64,000 nucleotides of DNA from an uncultured delta proteobacterium (GTDB taxonomy: Bacteria; Myxococcota_A; Polyangia; Polyangiales; Polyangiaceae), in assembly GCA_963696385.1 (NCBI GenBank), contig CAVOKF010000004.1:448001-512000 (forward strand), given 5' to 3'. How positions within the stretch are numbered: position 1 is the first letter of the stretch; every line of letters begins with the position of its first letter. The notes under the pieces were generated by a model. That model searched no databases, was not told the origin of the DNA, and saw nothing but the letters and a program-made list of their open reading frames with translations. Positions 1 to 9,001 of the stretch are shown piece by piece. The translations under genes were made by a program, and so were the position numbers.

Positions 1-1099
1 GAAGCCACCGCAGCAGCCTCACGAGGTCGATGTCCCCGGCCGCGCGGCGCACGATCAGCTCCCCGGCGTCGGAGATCTCCATCGACGCTTCGGCGGTCGC
101 TGCGCCGTCGCCCATCTGGGTGTGGTCGAGTGTGATCTCGGTCCGGCTCGCGGCCGGGTCGAATCGAAGGGTCGCTTCGGCGTGCACCCATGAATCGGCG
201 GAAGCAATCGAGGCGAACGTTTGCTCGATCATCCGCAGATCGAGGGCCGCGGTCACGGCCGATGACGTTGCGTCGACCGTGACCCAAAGCTTCGCCCGCG
301 CGGAGCTCGTATGGACACCCGCCCGTTCGAGCGAGAGCTCCAGGTCGAGGGGAATGGCGGCAGAGCCGAGCCCCACCTGTGCTCGCCACCCTCTCGCAGT
401 CGGCTCCGTCGATTGCGTGGCCAGGGTCGCCGAGATGCCGCGCAGCTCCGCGCGTTCGGACACCTCGCCGAGTTTCGTTCGGACCCAGGCGAGGGTGACG
501 TGATCGACGTCGACCTGGCCGACGGGGGGCGCGGTCCCGAGCCACTTCGAGGCCTGGCGAGAAAGGGGTACCGTGGGGCGGGGAGAGGCGCTCGATCCGG
601 ACGCCATAAGCGCGTCGAAGGATGTCGTGCCCTGTTCGTCGATGACTGCCGTCAGCGTGACGTCGGAGACCACGAGCCTGCCGACCACGGGGCCGCGATC
701 CCGCAGAAGGGATCTCAGAGACCAGTGCGCCTGCACGCGGCCGATCCGGACGAGATCGGGCGCGAAGCGGCGAAGCTGCGCCGGGGACTGCACGACCAGC
801 CCATCGATTTCACCCCCCGAGAGCCATTCGATGCGCGCCGCGCGATAGTCGATCTCGATGCCGGTCGATGCGCGCGCGAGCCCCTGGACCCGGCGCTTGA
901 CCCAGGGCCTGTCGAGGGAATCGAGGAGGATCACCACCGTGACAGCGAGGAACGCGACCAGTCCAACCAGACACGCGAGCGCCCCCAGCACCCACCGTCG
1001 CCAGCGACTCGGTCGCCGGCGCTTTTCGCTCGAGCTCGCGGGCGAAGCGCAACGACGGAGGCGCCTGGCGGCGCGTCCAAGTCCACGTTGTCGCTTCAC
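1..1099 (-). CDS. AsmA/TamB-like membrane-anchored protein, N-terminal part (runs off the window edge)
   Basis: Manual translation from GTG at 1099: basic N-terminus, one TM helix (WVLGALACLVGLVAFLAVTVVILL), then beta-rich sequence (GIEIDYRAARIEWLSGGEIDGLVV). Missing from the ORF track, consistent with running off the edge. Confidence 0.55.
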   Translation of the reverse strand, partial: MKRQRGLGRAARRLRRCASPASSSEKRRRPSRWRRWVLGALACLVGLVAFLAVTVVILLDSLDRPWVKRRVQGLARASTGIEIDYRAARIEWLSGGEIDGLVVQSPAQLRRFAPDLVRIGRVQAHWSLRSLLRDRGPVVGRLVVSDVTLTAVIDEQGTTSFDALMASGSSASPRPTVPLSRQASKWLGTAPPVGQVDVDHVTLAWVRTKLGEVSERAELRGISATLATQSTEPTARGWRAQVGLGSAAIPLDLELSLERAGVHTSSARAKLWVTVDATSSAVTAALDLRMIEQTFASIASADSWVHAEATLRFDPAASRTEITLDHTQMGDGAATAEASMEISDAGELIVRRAAGDIDLVRLLRWL

Positions 1100-1177
1100 G
1101 TGCGATGGTTCCGACACGAGTCAACCAGCGCCTGAGCTTGCGGCGAGTCCGGCCGATCGACAAGCGAAGGCCGACGA

Positions 1178-1783
1178 CTACCCGCCGATCGGTGGAACGC
1201 CGTACGGTACGGCGATGGCATCCCGCTCCGCTTTTCCGGAGTCGACGAAGATGGGGCCTCCGTAGGCAGCGACCACCGTGGAGCCGTCGTTCGCGCTGGC
1301 GTCCACTGGGACGGCGGAATCGAGCTTGGCATCCGGCGGCTCCGCCTTTCCGGAGTCGACGAAGATGGGACCTCCGTCGGCAGCGACCACCGTGGAGCCG
1401 TCGTCGACGCTTGCGTCCACCGGGACGGCAGAATCGAGACGAGCGGGTGCGTCGAGGACGTCGGAGTCAAGGGCCACTCCGGCGTCTACCGGAATCGGGG
1501 CCCCGTAGACAGCGACCACGGTTCCGCCCGACTCGTCCGGGGCACCGTCGTTGTCTCGTTCGGCGGCCGAGAACTGACCTCCACACGCCACGGCGGTTGC
1601 GGAGAGCGTTCCCACTCGCAAGGCATAGAGCGCGGCGCGACTGAGACGCTTGGCCGGCGACAGCGGCGCTTGCACCGCGCGAAAGGACGAGGGCAATTCG
1701 ACCCGGCAAAACGGACAAGCCGGCTCGTTGACTCGAACATGGCGAGCGCAACTGGGGCACGCGGCCAACGGAATCTGGGTCAC
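1178..1783 (-). CDS. Putative spliceotide/RiPP precursor lipoprotein: N-terminal CxxC...CxxC, lipobox-like TAVAC, repeated XYG motifs
   Basis: GTG start overlaps the rSAM TGA (GTGA) after a GGAGG RBS; CPSCARHVRVNEPACPFC; LSATAVAC; motifs VYGAP, ADGGP, AYGGP, PYGVPP. Confidence 0.75.
   Translation of the reverse strand: MTQIPLAACPSCARHVRVNEPACPFCRVELPSSFRAVQAPLSPAKRLSRAALYALRVGTLSATAVACGGQFSAAERDNDGAPDESGGTVVAVYGAPIPVDAGVALDSDVLDAPARLDSAVPVDASVDDGSTVVAADGGPIFVDSGKAEPPDAKLDSAVPVDASANDGSTVVAAYGGPIFVDSGKAERDAIAVPYGVPPIGG
1225..1440. repeat. 114-bp (38-aa) tandem duplication inside the precursor gene
   Basis: LDSAVPVDAS..DGSTVVAA[D/Y]GGPIFVDSGKAE occurs twice at a 114-nt offset. Confidence 0.9.
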
Positions 1784-2997
1784 CCACGACCTCCCTCGGA
1801 CGTCGACTCGACGATGATTTCGAACACACCGTGATCGAACGGCTCTCCCGGGGCTGCCGTGACGGGCGCAATCCGCTCTCGCTTGCCTTCGCGCGCCATC
1901 TCGATCGCGCGGTGATGGCAATAGGGGTTGTTCCCGGGCCTGCCGAGTGTGACGAAGCTCGTCCACGTGCAGCCGCTCATGCACTCCTCGGCGTAGTAGC
2001 AGGTCCTGCAGTAGCCCCACAGATCGTTCAACGTACGGTCTCGCATGTAGCGGAGCGGTTCGCTTCGCTCCCAGATGGCCTCGAGCGATTCGTCGCGGAT
2101 GTTGCCGCCCGTCCAGCGCTCCGTAGGCAGCGACGGACAGCCCTTGATGGCACCGTTGGCCTCGATGCCGAGCGTCGCGCGCCCGGCCCCGCACGATCCG
2201 CCGTGACCCCGCAAGTAGTGCCCTCGAATGATCGACTCGTACGGCCCGAAGTAGCCGATGTTGTTTCCGGGCCAGAACAGGATTCTGAGTGCGTCGCACC
2301 GCTTCTTCAACGCAGCCAGTCGCGGGAACAGTTCGAGCAGATCATAGGGCTGCAGCAGAACGTTCGGCTCGTCGGCGGCGCGGCCCATCGGCACGGTCAG
2401 CTGGATTTGCCAGCCCCGGATCCCCAGGGCGGCCACCGTCTCGAGAATGCCCTCGAGCAGCGGCATCGATAGGCGGTTGATCTGCGTGTTGCACGACACG
2501 CTCAGGCCGCTGTCCTTCAACGCTTGCAGAGCCGCGATCGCCGCCCGATACGATCCCTTGACTCCGCGGAGACGATCGTGGGTCGGCTCGTCGCCGTCGA
2601 TCGAGACACTCGCCCCCTTGAGTCCCGCGGCCTTTGCGCGATCGACGAGCTCGGGCGTGAGCCCGCGGCCCCCGGTCGTCATGGTGGTGGGAATGCCGTG
2701 GGCGCTGGTGGCGCGGACGAGTTCCAGCCAATCCGGTCGCAAGTACGCTTCACCGCCGATCAGCGTGACTTCCTTCACCCCGAGCCGCGCCATCTGATCG
2801 ATGAGATCGAGCGCTTCCTGCGTCGTGAGCTCGTCGGGACGCCCGCGGCCCGCGCGCGAGCCGCAATGCCGGCACGCGAGGTCGCACGCCAGGGTGATTT
2901 CCCAAACCGCGTAGATGGGGCGGAGTCGGCGGTCGATGTCGCGAACCTCGCCGGCCAGAGGCAAGTGCCTCGCTCCGGGCTTGGCGAGCGGCGCCAT
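1780..2997 (-). CDS. Radical SAM/SPASM peptide maturase, splicease (PlpX/PcpX, TIGR03913-like) type
   Basis: VWEITLACDLACRHCGSRAG (CxxxCxxC); GGE motif; SPASM cysteines SCGAG...KGCPSL...CRTCYYAEECMSGC...NNPYCHHR; start taken at ATG 2997. Confidence 0.85.
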   Translation of the reverse strand: MAPLAKPGARHLPLAGEVRDIDRRLRPIYAVWEITLACDLACRHCGSRAGRGRPDELTTQEALDLIDQMARLGVKEVTLIGGEAYLRPDWLELVRATSAHGIPTTMTTGGRGLTPELVDRAKAAGLKGASVSIDGDEPTHDRLRGVKGSYRAAIAALQALKDSGLSVSCNTQINRLSMPLLEGILETVAALGIRGWQIQLTVPMGRAADEPNVLLQPYDLLELFPRLAALKKRCDALRILFWPGNNIGYFGPYESIIRGHYLRGHGGSCGAGRATLGIEANGAIKGCPSLPTERWTGGNIRDESLEAIWERSEPLRYMRDRTLNDLWGYCRTCYYAEECMSGCTWTSFVTLGRPGNNPYCHHRAIEMAREGKRERIAPVTAAPGEPFDHGVFEIIVESTSEGGRG

Positions 2998-3149
2998 GGG
3001 CAGTCCTCGTGGGGGACGCGCCCGCGCCAGTTCCGTCGCGCGTTCGTTCGAATCGAAGGCCACTAGGTTTCCAGAACAGCACGTTCTGGGCCGCGCTACC
3101 ATCCAGCGGAGAGGCCGGCCCTTTTTTGCGCTCGGAACGGCAGACCCCC

Positions 3150-3815
3150 ATGATCCTGGCGAAGGCGGATGGCACAGCGTGGCGCATCGATCGGGTGGCT
3201 GAGAAGCTGGCGCTTCGGGCCAAGCTTCCGGGGGCACGCGTCTTCGATCTCGCGGCGGAGAGCCTTCGCAACGCCAAAATGGCAGGAGTCTCCTCGATGG
3301 GCCGACTCGTTCTCGCTCTGCCCGCCAGTTGGTGCGTGAACAGTCCGGCTCCGTCGACGGTGTTCCGCCGGTGGGTGCTGCCGCCCGAGCGCGAGGTCTG
3401 GGCGTCACTGATCGAGGTTCTCGACGAGCCCCGGACCGGTCCCTTGGAGGTCGAGTCGAGCGATGCGGTGGTGGCGGCCATCCAAGCCCTCGGACCCGAG
3501 GCCTTCGGTGTGGAGGCGATCAGCAAAGTGCTCGCGCTGCTGGTTCCGGAATCCGTGCCCCTCATGCCTCCGGCCGCCCGGCTGTTCGCGCTCGGCGGAC
3601 CACCCGCTGCGAACGCGGGAGCGTTCGTCGAGATGGTCAATTGGTTCGGAAAGGCCGTGCACGAAGGTCGCGCCGAACTCGCCCGATGGGCCCATCAGCA
3701 CGCCGAGGTGCGGTTGAGCGCGGCGCAGGTGCTCGACCGTCTTCTGTGGTTTGATTCGGAGGGGTACCGTCATTTCCCCAGCGTGCCGCTCGACACTCCG
3801 CCCGCCCCGGTTTGA
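3150..3815 (+). CDS. Hypothetical protein, divergent from the rSAM gene
   Basis: Protein-like composition; AISKVLALL...DRLLWFDS; no family recognised. Confidence 0.55.
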   Translation: MILAKADGTAWRIDRVAEKLALRAKLPGARVFDLAAESLRNAKMAGVSSMGRLVLALPASWCVNSPAPSTVFRRWVLPPEREVWASLIEVLDEPRTGPLEVESSDAVVAAIQALGPEAFGVEAISKVLALLVPESVPLMPPAARLFALGGPPAANAGAFVEMVNWFGKAVHEGRAELARWAHQHAEVRLSAAQVLDRLLWFDSEGYRHFPSVPLDTPPAPV

Positions 3816-3854
3816 CGACGGATGGGATGCGCGCGCCCGACGGGGACCGCGAGG

Positions 3855-4715
3855 TCAGGCGCGCTCGAGGCGCACGACAGCGGACCATCGTGCGCTTCCC
3901 ACGTTGCGGGGATCGGGATCGGGAAGAATGCCGAACGGTCGCAGCAGCAGCGGGATCCGCCGCAGCCGCACCGCCTCCCGAAAGGGCAACCGGATATCGA
4001 GCGCCTTCCAACCCATCGTCTCGAAGAAGCCCACGCCTTGCGTAGGAGCAAACTTCATGGGTGCGTGGGCGAGGTGCGCGCCCATGTCCTTGTGCATCAT
4101 GCGCAGGATGGCGGGCGATACGGTGTCGAGCACCCACCAGCGCAGGGTCGGTTGGGCCCATAGGTCTCGACCGAGGTCCCGGACCACCTCTTCATCCAGG
4201 TACACCAGCAGGCCCTCCGTCAAGACAAGCGCCTTCTTGGCTCCTGCTGAGGCGCGCACGAGAAATGCCGATCGCGCGACCGGGTCGGCGAGATCGATTC
4301 GCTCGCGACGGAGCCGACAGCGAGGCTTTTCGCCGGCGAGCAGCCTTTCCTTCTCGTCGATCATGGGCCCGAGATCGGCCTCGACCCAATCGAGCGACGG
4401 CGGCACATCCATGCGGTACGGCCGCGTATCGAGGCCGGCGGCCAGGTTCAGGACGCAGTCACACCCCTGCCGAATCGACGCGGCAATCAAGTCGTCCACG
4501 ATCCAGGTGCGGAGGATCATCGGCCAGCCATTGCGAGTCTGCCTTGGACCGAGCAAGGTCATCGCGCGTCCCCGTTCGCCGGCGAGCCGCGCGGCGTAAG
4601 GGTCTCTGAACAGCGCGTCGGCTCGCGCCGACTCCAGAGCGCGGTAGGCGGCGACCCACCGAGCCGTGTCGGACACGTTTGCGATGAGGGGCGGTGCGGA
4701 CATGGTCGGCGTCAT
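3855..4715 (-). CDS. SAM-dependent methyltransferase, leucine carboxyl methyltransferase (LCM) family
   Basis: VSDTARWVAAYRA..DALFRDPYA, LAAGLDTRPYR, EGLLVYL. Confidence 0.85.
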   Translation of the reverse strand: MTPTMSAPPLIANVSDTARWVAAYRALESARADALFRDPYAARLAGERGRAMTLLGPRQTRNGWPMILRTWIVDDLIAASIRQGCDCVLNLAAGLDTRPYRMDVPPSLDWVEADLGPMIDEKERLLAGEKPRCRLRRERIDLADPVARSAFLVRASAGAKKALVLTEGLLVYLDEEVVRDLGRDLWAQPTLRWWVLDTVSPAILRMMHKDMGAHLAHAPMKFAPTQGVGFFETMGWKALDIRLPFREAVRLRRIPLLLRPFGILPDPDPRNVGSARWSAVVRLERA

Positions 4716-4869
4716 ACTACCCGCATCGGCCCTTGCCGCGCGGGTCCACCGCGGACGCCGATGGGTGGATCGTCGCCACAGGCTGGACCGCGGGTCGCGG
4801 CCAAGATCGGTCTCGGGCCTGGCGAACGGCGTGGTCGCGTCGCCGGCGAGCGCACGACGGGACGACCGA

Positions 4870-5187
4870 TCAGGTGCCGATGGCGAGCCACGAGACATCG
4901 ACGGCCCAGATTTTTGTGTTCAGCCAGGTCTCCGCATGCAATGTGAAACCGCTCCCGGTGATGTCGAGGGCTCGCACGCGGATGCGGGCGTTGTCCTCCC
5001 TGCTCACGTCGAGACCGACCATCCCGATATGAACGACCGGAGGCGCCGAAAAGGATCGGCTAAAGGACACTGGATAACGAAACGCGCGGGCGCCGTTCGT
5101 CGAGGGCTCGAGAAGGGACCATCCTTCGAGCGACGCATCCAGGACGACGACTGCGGACAGCAAGCTGAGCGGAGCAACGTACGACAT
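4870..5187 (-). CDS. Stand-alone H-type lectin domain protein
   Basis: VSFSRSFSAPPVVHIG..LD....N.RIRV....IT..GFTL...TW..TKIW...VSWLAIG. Confidence 0.8.
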   Translation of the reverse strand: MSYVAPLSLLSAVVVLDASLEGWSLLEPSTNGARAFRYPVSFSRSFSAPPVVHIGMVGLDVSREDNARIRVRALDITGSGFTLHAETWLNTKIWAVDVSWLAIGT

Positions 5188-5452
5188 GCGGCCACGTTAC
5201 AAGGAAACCACTCGTGGCTCGAGGGGCAACGCCGCCGGAGCGAACTAGCGTAGGGCACGCAGCCTCGTGACAGGGACCCCCCTCGGGCCTCGAGCGACCG
5301 CGCCGGCCGTGGCGCGGACGCGGGTGCGTCGTAGGCAGTGCGAGTGGCCGTGACCACGATTCGCCGACCGATCCGCGCCCCGTTTACCGGCACCCGAGAG
5401 TTGCGCCGCCTTGGGGAGGGCCGAGCGGCCCCGGTGTTATTCTCTGCGGTTC

Positions 5453-6559
5453 ATGCCGTCGTGCCCGACCTGTGCGACCCCACTCGAGCAGAGTTTCGAC
5501 GTTTTTTTCTGCCACGCATGCCGAGCCTCCCTGCAGCCGCTCGAGACGCTGGCATCCACACTTGCGATGCCAGGGATCGAAGTCACGCCGGATCGCTTCG
5601 CCGAACCCATCGGCAAATGCCCGGCCTGTGTGCACGGGCAGCTGCGCCATGCCCGTATGCTGGGCGAGACGGTTGCCTGCTGCGACGCATGCGCGGAGAT
5701 CTGGCTGACGCGAGCGCAGCTCGCACGCATGCGAGTGCGTGGCGAGCGCGACCGGGCAACGAACGCGTCCCCCGATCTCGTCTCGTACGCCGAGCGCTTT
5801 CGAAAGGCAAACCGGATTCCCTTCGATGAGGTGGCGACCAACCGGTACGCCTACCCCGCGTCGCTCGCCGCGGGAGTCCTCGCGCATATCCTGGGACTGA
5901 GCTTCCTCGTTTGGGGGACCGTCGAGATGTGGTTTCACGAATTGGGACACGCCTTCGTGGCGTGGCTGTCGGGGTTCGTGGCCGTGCCGCTTCCGTTTTT
6001 CACGATGATGCCTCGCGAGGCGCGAAGTGGATGGGTCGTCGCCATCGTTCTGGGTTCGATCGGCGCAATCGCGTACGAATCCGCCATGCGGCGGCTCTGG
6101 GGGCTCGTCCTGTTCGCGGGCGTACTGGCCTCGACGCAGCTCGAACTCACCGTGGTGCTCGACCCCGCACAGGCCCGGCAGTGGGGCATATTCGCCGGTC
6201 AGGCGGGCGCGATCGTCTTGCCGACGTTGGTCATGGTCGCGTTCTACCAACCCATCGGATGGCGTTGGGACTTCTGGCGATACCCGGTGCTCGTGATCGC
6301 GGCGGTCGGCTTCGTGCATGCGCTATTCATATGGATCGGCGTTGCGCGCGGCACGGGGCCCATGCCGCACGGCTCCGCGGTGGGCGACGACTCGGAGGGA
6401 GACATGGAGCGGCTCGTCCGCGAATTCCATTGGACCCAGACGTCGCTCGCGAAGTGCTACGTCGGGCTTTCGGTCACGTGTCTGGTCGTGCTCGGCGCCA
6501 CGTACGTGGTCTTCCTGCGGCGGGCCGCCGCGAAGCTGTCGGCTGGTGGGGGTGACTGA
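5453..6559 (+). CDS. Zn-ribbon-containing membrane protein with an M50-like metallopeptidase motif
   Basis: Four CxxC pairs at the N-terminus; FHELGH within a multi-TM region. Confidence 0.65.
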   Translation: MPSCPTCATPLEQSFDVFFCHACRASLQPLETLASTLAMPGIEVTPDRFAEPIGKCPACVHGQLRHARMLGETVACCDACAEIWLTRAQLARMRVRGERDRATNASPDLVSYAERFRKANRIPFDEVATNRYAYPASLAAGVLAHILGLSFLVWGTVEMWFHELGHAFVAWLSGFVAVPLPFFTMMPREARSGWVVAIVLGSIGAIAYESAMRRLWGLVLFAGVLASTQLELTVVLDPAQARQWGIFAGQAGAIVLPTLVMVAFYQPIGWRWDFWRYPVLVIAAVGFVHALFIWIGVARGTGPMPHGSAVGDDSEGDMERLVREFHWTQTSLAKCYVGLSVTCLVVLGATYVVFLRRAAAKLSAGGGD

Positions 6560-6575
6560 AATCGGATGGCCGCGG

Positions 6576-7940
6576 TCACGGCGCCCGCGCGCAGCGAAAC
6601 CCGTAGTCGATGTCCCGGGTGGGCGGATTGGTGAAATTCCGACTCGAGGCCAGCAAGCCGGCCGTCGCGACGGAGAAGTTACCGCCCCGGACCACGCGGA
6701 ACGAAGTGGGCGAAAGGTAGGCGCAGTTTGTACACGGATCCACATAGGGGGCATAGTCGTCCAGGTTCCACTCATACACCTCACCGGCCATATCGAACTG
6801 GCCCCAGTACGCGGCGCCGAGGATCGTCGTTCCCACCGGCGCGATACCGGATGCGGTGATCGGATAATTGCAATTGTAGATTGCGTACGTGATGCCTGTC
6901 CCCGGGTCCGTCGAACCCCAAGGGTACTCACGCTGCTGACTGCCTCCTGCCGCCGCGTACCCCCACTCCGCCTCGCTCGGCAGAAAGCCGCCGTCCCAGA
7001 TGCAGAATGCGTACGACTCGTACCAGTCCACGCAGTTGATCGGCAGGTTTTCCTGCGTGCCGGCGGTGCTCGTCCACGTCGCACCGCACGGATCGCAGGC
7101 GAGGTTCGCGTCCCAAGTGCTTGCGGCGGCAGGTCCCGTCGCGATTTCCGAGTCCCAGTCCGTGGCGTCCCAGCCCGTTTCGAAGGATCCGGGGCTTTCG
7201 CTGTTCGCCAATCCCGAGCCCCCGTTCAGGTGCGCGTGGAGGCCCGCGCCGTTCGCGGGGGCGGCGCCGGCGCTGCCCGTCACGTAGTTCACGTACTGAC
7301 GGAATCGCCCCACCGTGACGAGGTATTTGTCCAATCGAAAGCCGCTCACGGTCGCTGGGTCGGCTTCGTCCGCGGGACCGCCGTCCGGAGCGACGATCCC
7401 ATCCCCGTTGGAGTCGAGCGGATCGTACGTGCGGTAGAATGCGCCGGGCGAAACCTCGAGACTGGCGCAGCAGCTCTCGCTTCCGCTACCGCCGGGGCCG
7501 CAATCGGTCCTTCCGGGCCCGCCGGGCAGACAGCTCGGGGGCGTCACGGCCCCACCGTCCGCCGAAGGGGCCGAGCAGGATCCGTTCATACACAACGGCA
7601 CGTCCGATCCGCACGCGGCGGGGGTGCTCCATTGGCCGCTCGAGCCGCACGTCTGCACCTCGTTGCCCGAACACTGCGACGCGCCGCTTTCGCAGACCCC
7701 GCCGAGGCCCGCCCCAGGGGCGTCGTTGTCCGCTCCGTCATCCTCGCTCGAGGTGTTCGCTCCCGCATCCGCGGTCGAGCCGGACGCGCTCGATCGGCTC
7801 GAATCCGGCGAGCCGGCATCCGACGTCCGGATACCCGGGCGGGTCGAGTCGAAGGACGCGCTGCCGCATGCGGCCAGGACGAACACGACCGTGAACGCGA
7901 CCGCAATGACTGACGCGGCTTGGCATCCGGCGCCGCTCAT
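6576..7940 (-). CDS. Formylglycine-generating enzyme (SUMF1/FGE-sulfatase) family lipoprotein
   Basis: Lipobox LAAC; FRLDKYLVTVGRF, PINCVDWYE, LPSEAEW, DMAGEVYEW, RGG, GFRCAR. Confidence 0.85.
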   Translation of the reverse strand: MSGAGCQAASVIAVAFTVVFVLAACGSASFDSTRPGIRTSDAGSPDSSRSSASGSTADAGANTSSEDDGADNDAPGAGLGGVCESGASQCSGNEVQTCGSSGQWSTPAACGSDVPLCMNGSCSAPSADGGAVTPPSCLPGGPGRTDCGPGGSGSESCCASLEVSPGAFYRTYDPLDSNGDGIVAPDGGPADEADPATVSGFRLDKYLVTVGRFRQYVNYVTGSAGAAPANGAGLHAHLNGGSGLANSESPGSFETGWDATDWDSEIATGPAAASTWDANLACDPCGATWTSTAGTQENLPINCVDWYESYAFCIWDGGFLPSEAEWGYAAAGGSQQREYPWGSTDPGTGITYAIYNCNYPITASGIAPVGTTILGAAYWGQFDMAGEVYEWNLDDYAPYVDPCTNCAYLSPTSFRVVRGGNFSVATAGLLASSRNFTNPPTRDIDYGFRCARAP

Positions 7941-8070
7941 TCCTATCGGGCACTATCCCGTGAGCCAAGGCCGATCGCAAGGACGGGCACCCGCGAGCGA
8001 GGCCCGTAGCCCGCCAATCGTGGGTACGAGCGCTTGCCCGCGGTCTTTTGGAGGTACGATCGACGCCGAA

Positions 8071-8346
8071 ATGCGCTCTCCAAAGAGAACTTTGCGCGCT
8101 CCGATTTTGCCGATGGATCTCGATCCGTGCACGCTGCCCCGAATCGATGCCGCCGAGCTCGAGCGGTGTCGTCTCGACGCTTGCGCCGTTTCGGATCAGG
8201 TCGGTGAGCACGTCCGCTTCGACGGCGTCAAGGTACACGGTGGTACCCTGAGCGGCACGAGGCTCCCCCGCTGTTCGCGTTCGCGGCCCGTCACTGAAGG
8301 TGGGCGGCGCGGCGCTAAAGCGACCGCGGGTCGCGGCCGCTCGTGA
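8071..8346 (+). pseudogene. Truncated pentapeptide-repeat protein relic
   Basis: LERCRLDACAVS..VRFDGVKVHGGTLSGTRLP pattern stops near 8275; GGAGG upstream. Confidence 0.35.
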
Positions 8347-8827
8347 ACCGCTGGACCGGGCCTTGCCAGATGGCGTCATCGAGTAGTTCGTCGGAAAACG
8401 AGCCATTCGTGTACGTCGACACGGCTCGCCTCCAGAACAACGTTGCGAATGTGTTCTCACGGCGCTGTCGGATTTCCCACCGACCTGGATGCATGGCAAA
8501 TAGGTGGTGGGCGGCTCGCATGCCGACGTGCGCACGGCGATGCCTTCGAAGCACGAAGAACTCGGCCATGTCCCAAACGTCCTCGTCGTTCGAGATCCGG
8601 CTCCCGCGGTGGACCAGCGCGAAGCCAGCGAGATGACCGTCGGCTCGCAGCAGGAATGGGAACCGCCCGGCGTCGCGCCAGTAAGCGTCCAGCGGAGGGT
8701 CGGGGAAGCGGCCGTTGTCGCCCACTTCCGTGCGCAGGATCTCGCTGAAATCGTATGCGTAAAGCTGGAGCAGGTCCTGAAGCACTGGCTGGTCGGAACG
8801 CGCCGCCCGAACGACATGGGTCTGCAT
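8315..8827 (-). CDS. GNAT N-acetyltransferase
   Basis: LLQLYAYDFSE...MAEFFVLRRHRRAHVG...N..A..FW. Confidence 0.85.
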   Translation of the reverse strand: MQTHVVRAARSDQPVLQDLLQLYAYDFSEILRTEVGDNGRFPDPPLDAYWRDAGRFPFLLRADGHLAGFALVHRGSRISNDEDVWDMAEFFVLRRHRRAHVGMRAAHHLFAMHPGRWEIRQRRENTFATLFWRRAVSTYTNGSFSDELLDDAIWQGPVQRFTSGRDPRSL

Positions 8828-9001
8828 GATGGCCAGCTTGTAGCGCAAGATGAACCTGAGGCCCGACGTGCAGGCGATGACGCGGGGCAGGCTTCGAGCG
8901 AAGCCTCGTCTTGCGCGCGTGAGCTCGCGTGATATGGGGCTGGGTTCGCCCCGGACCTTGGCCGATGCGGTGGCACTCTTTTGCGGCAAGATTTGGTCGC
9001 T

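Noticed and set aside
1225..1510. Repeats as a possible CRISPR array
   Set aside because: In-frame coding repeats without unique spacers; no cas genes in the window
1784..2299. Upstream extension of the precursor ORF
   Set aside because: Lies inside the rSAM gene; GTG 1783 has an RBS and a coupled stop/start
2998..3408. N-terminal extension of the rSAM ORF
   Set aside because: Overlaps the divergent gene and looks non-coding; ATG 2997 has a GAGGA RBS
7951..7962. CACTATCCCGTG shared with 27491-27502
   Set aside because: Isolated 12-mer with no extended similarity; may be chance
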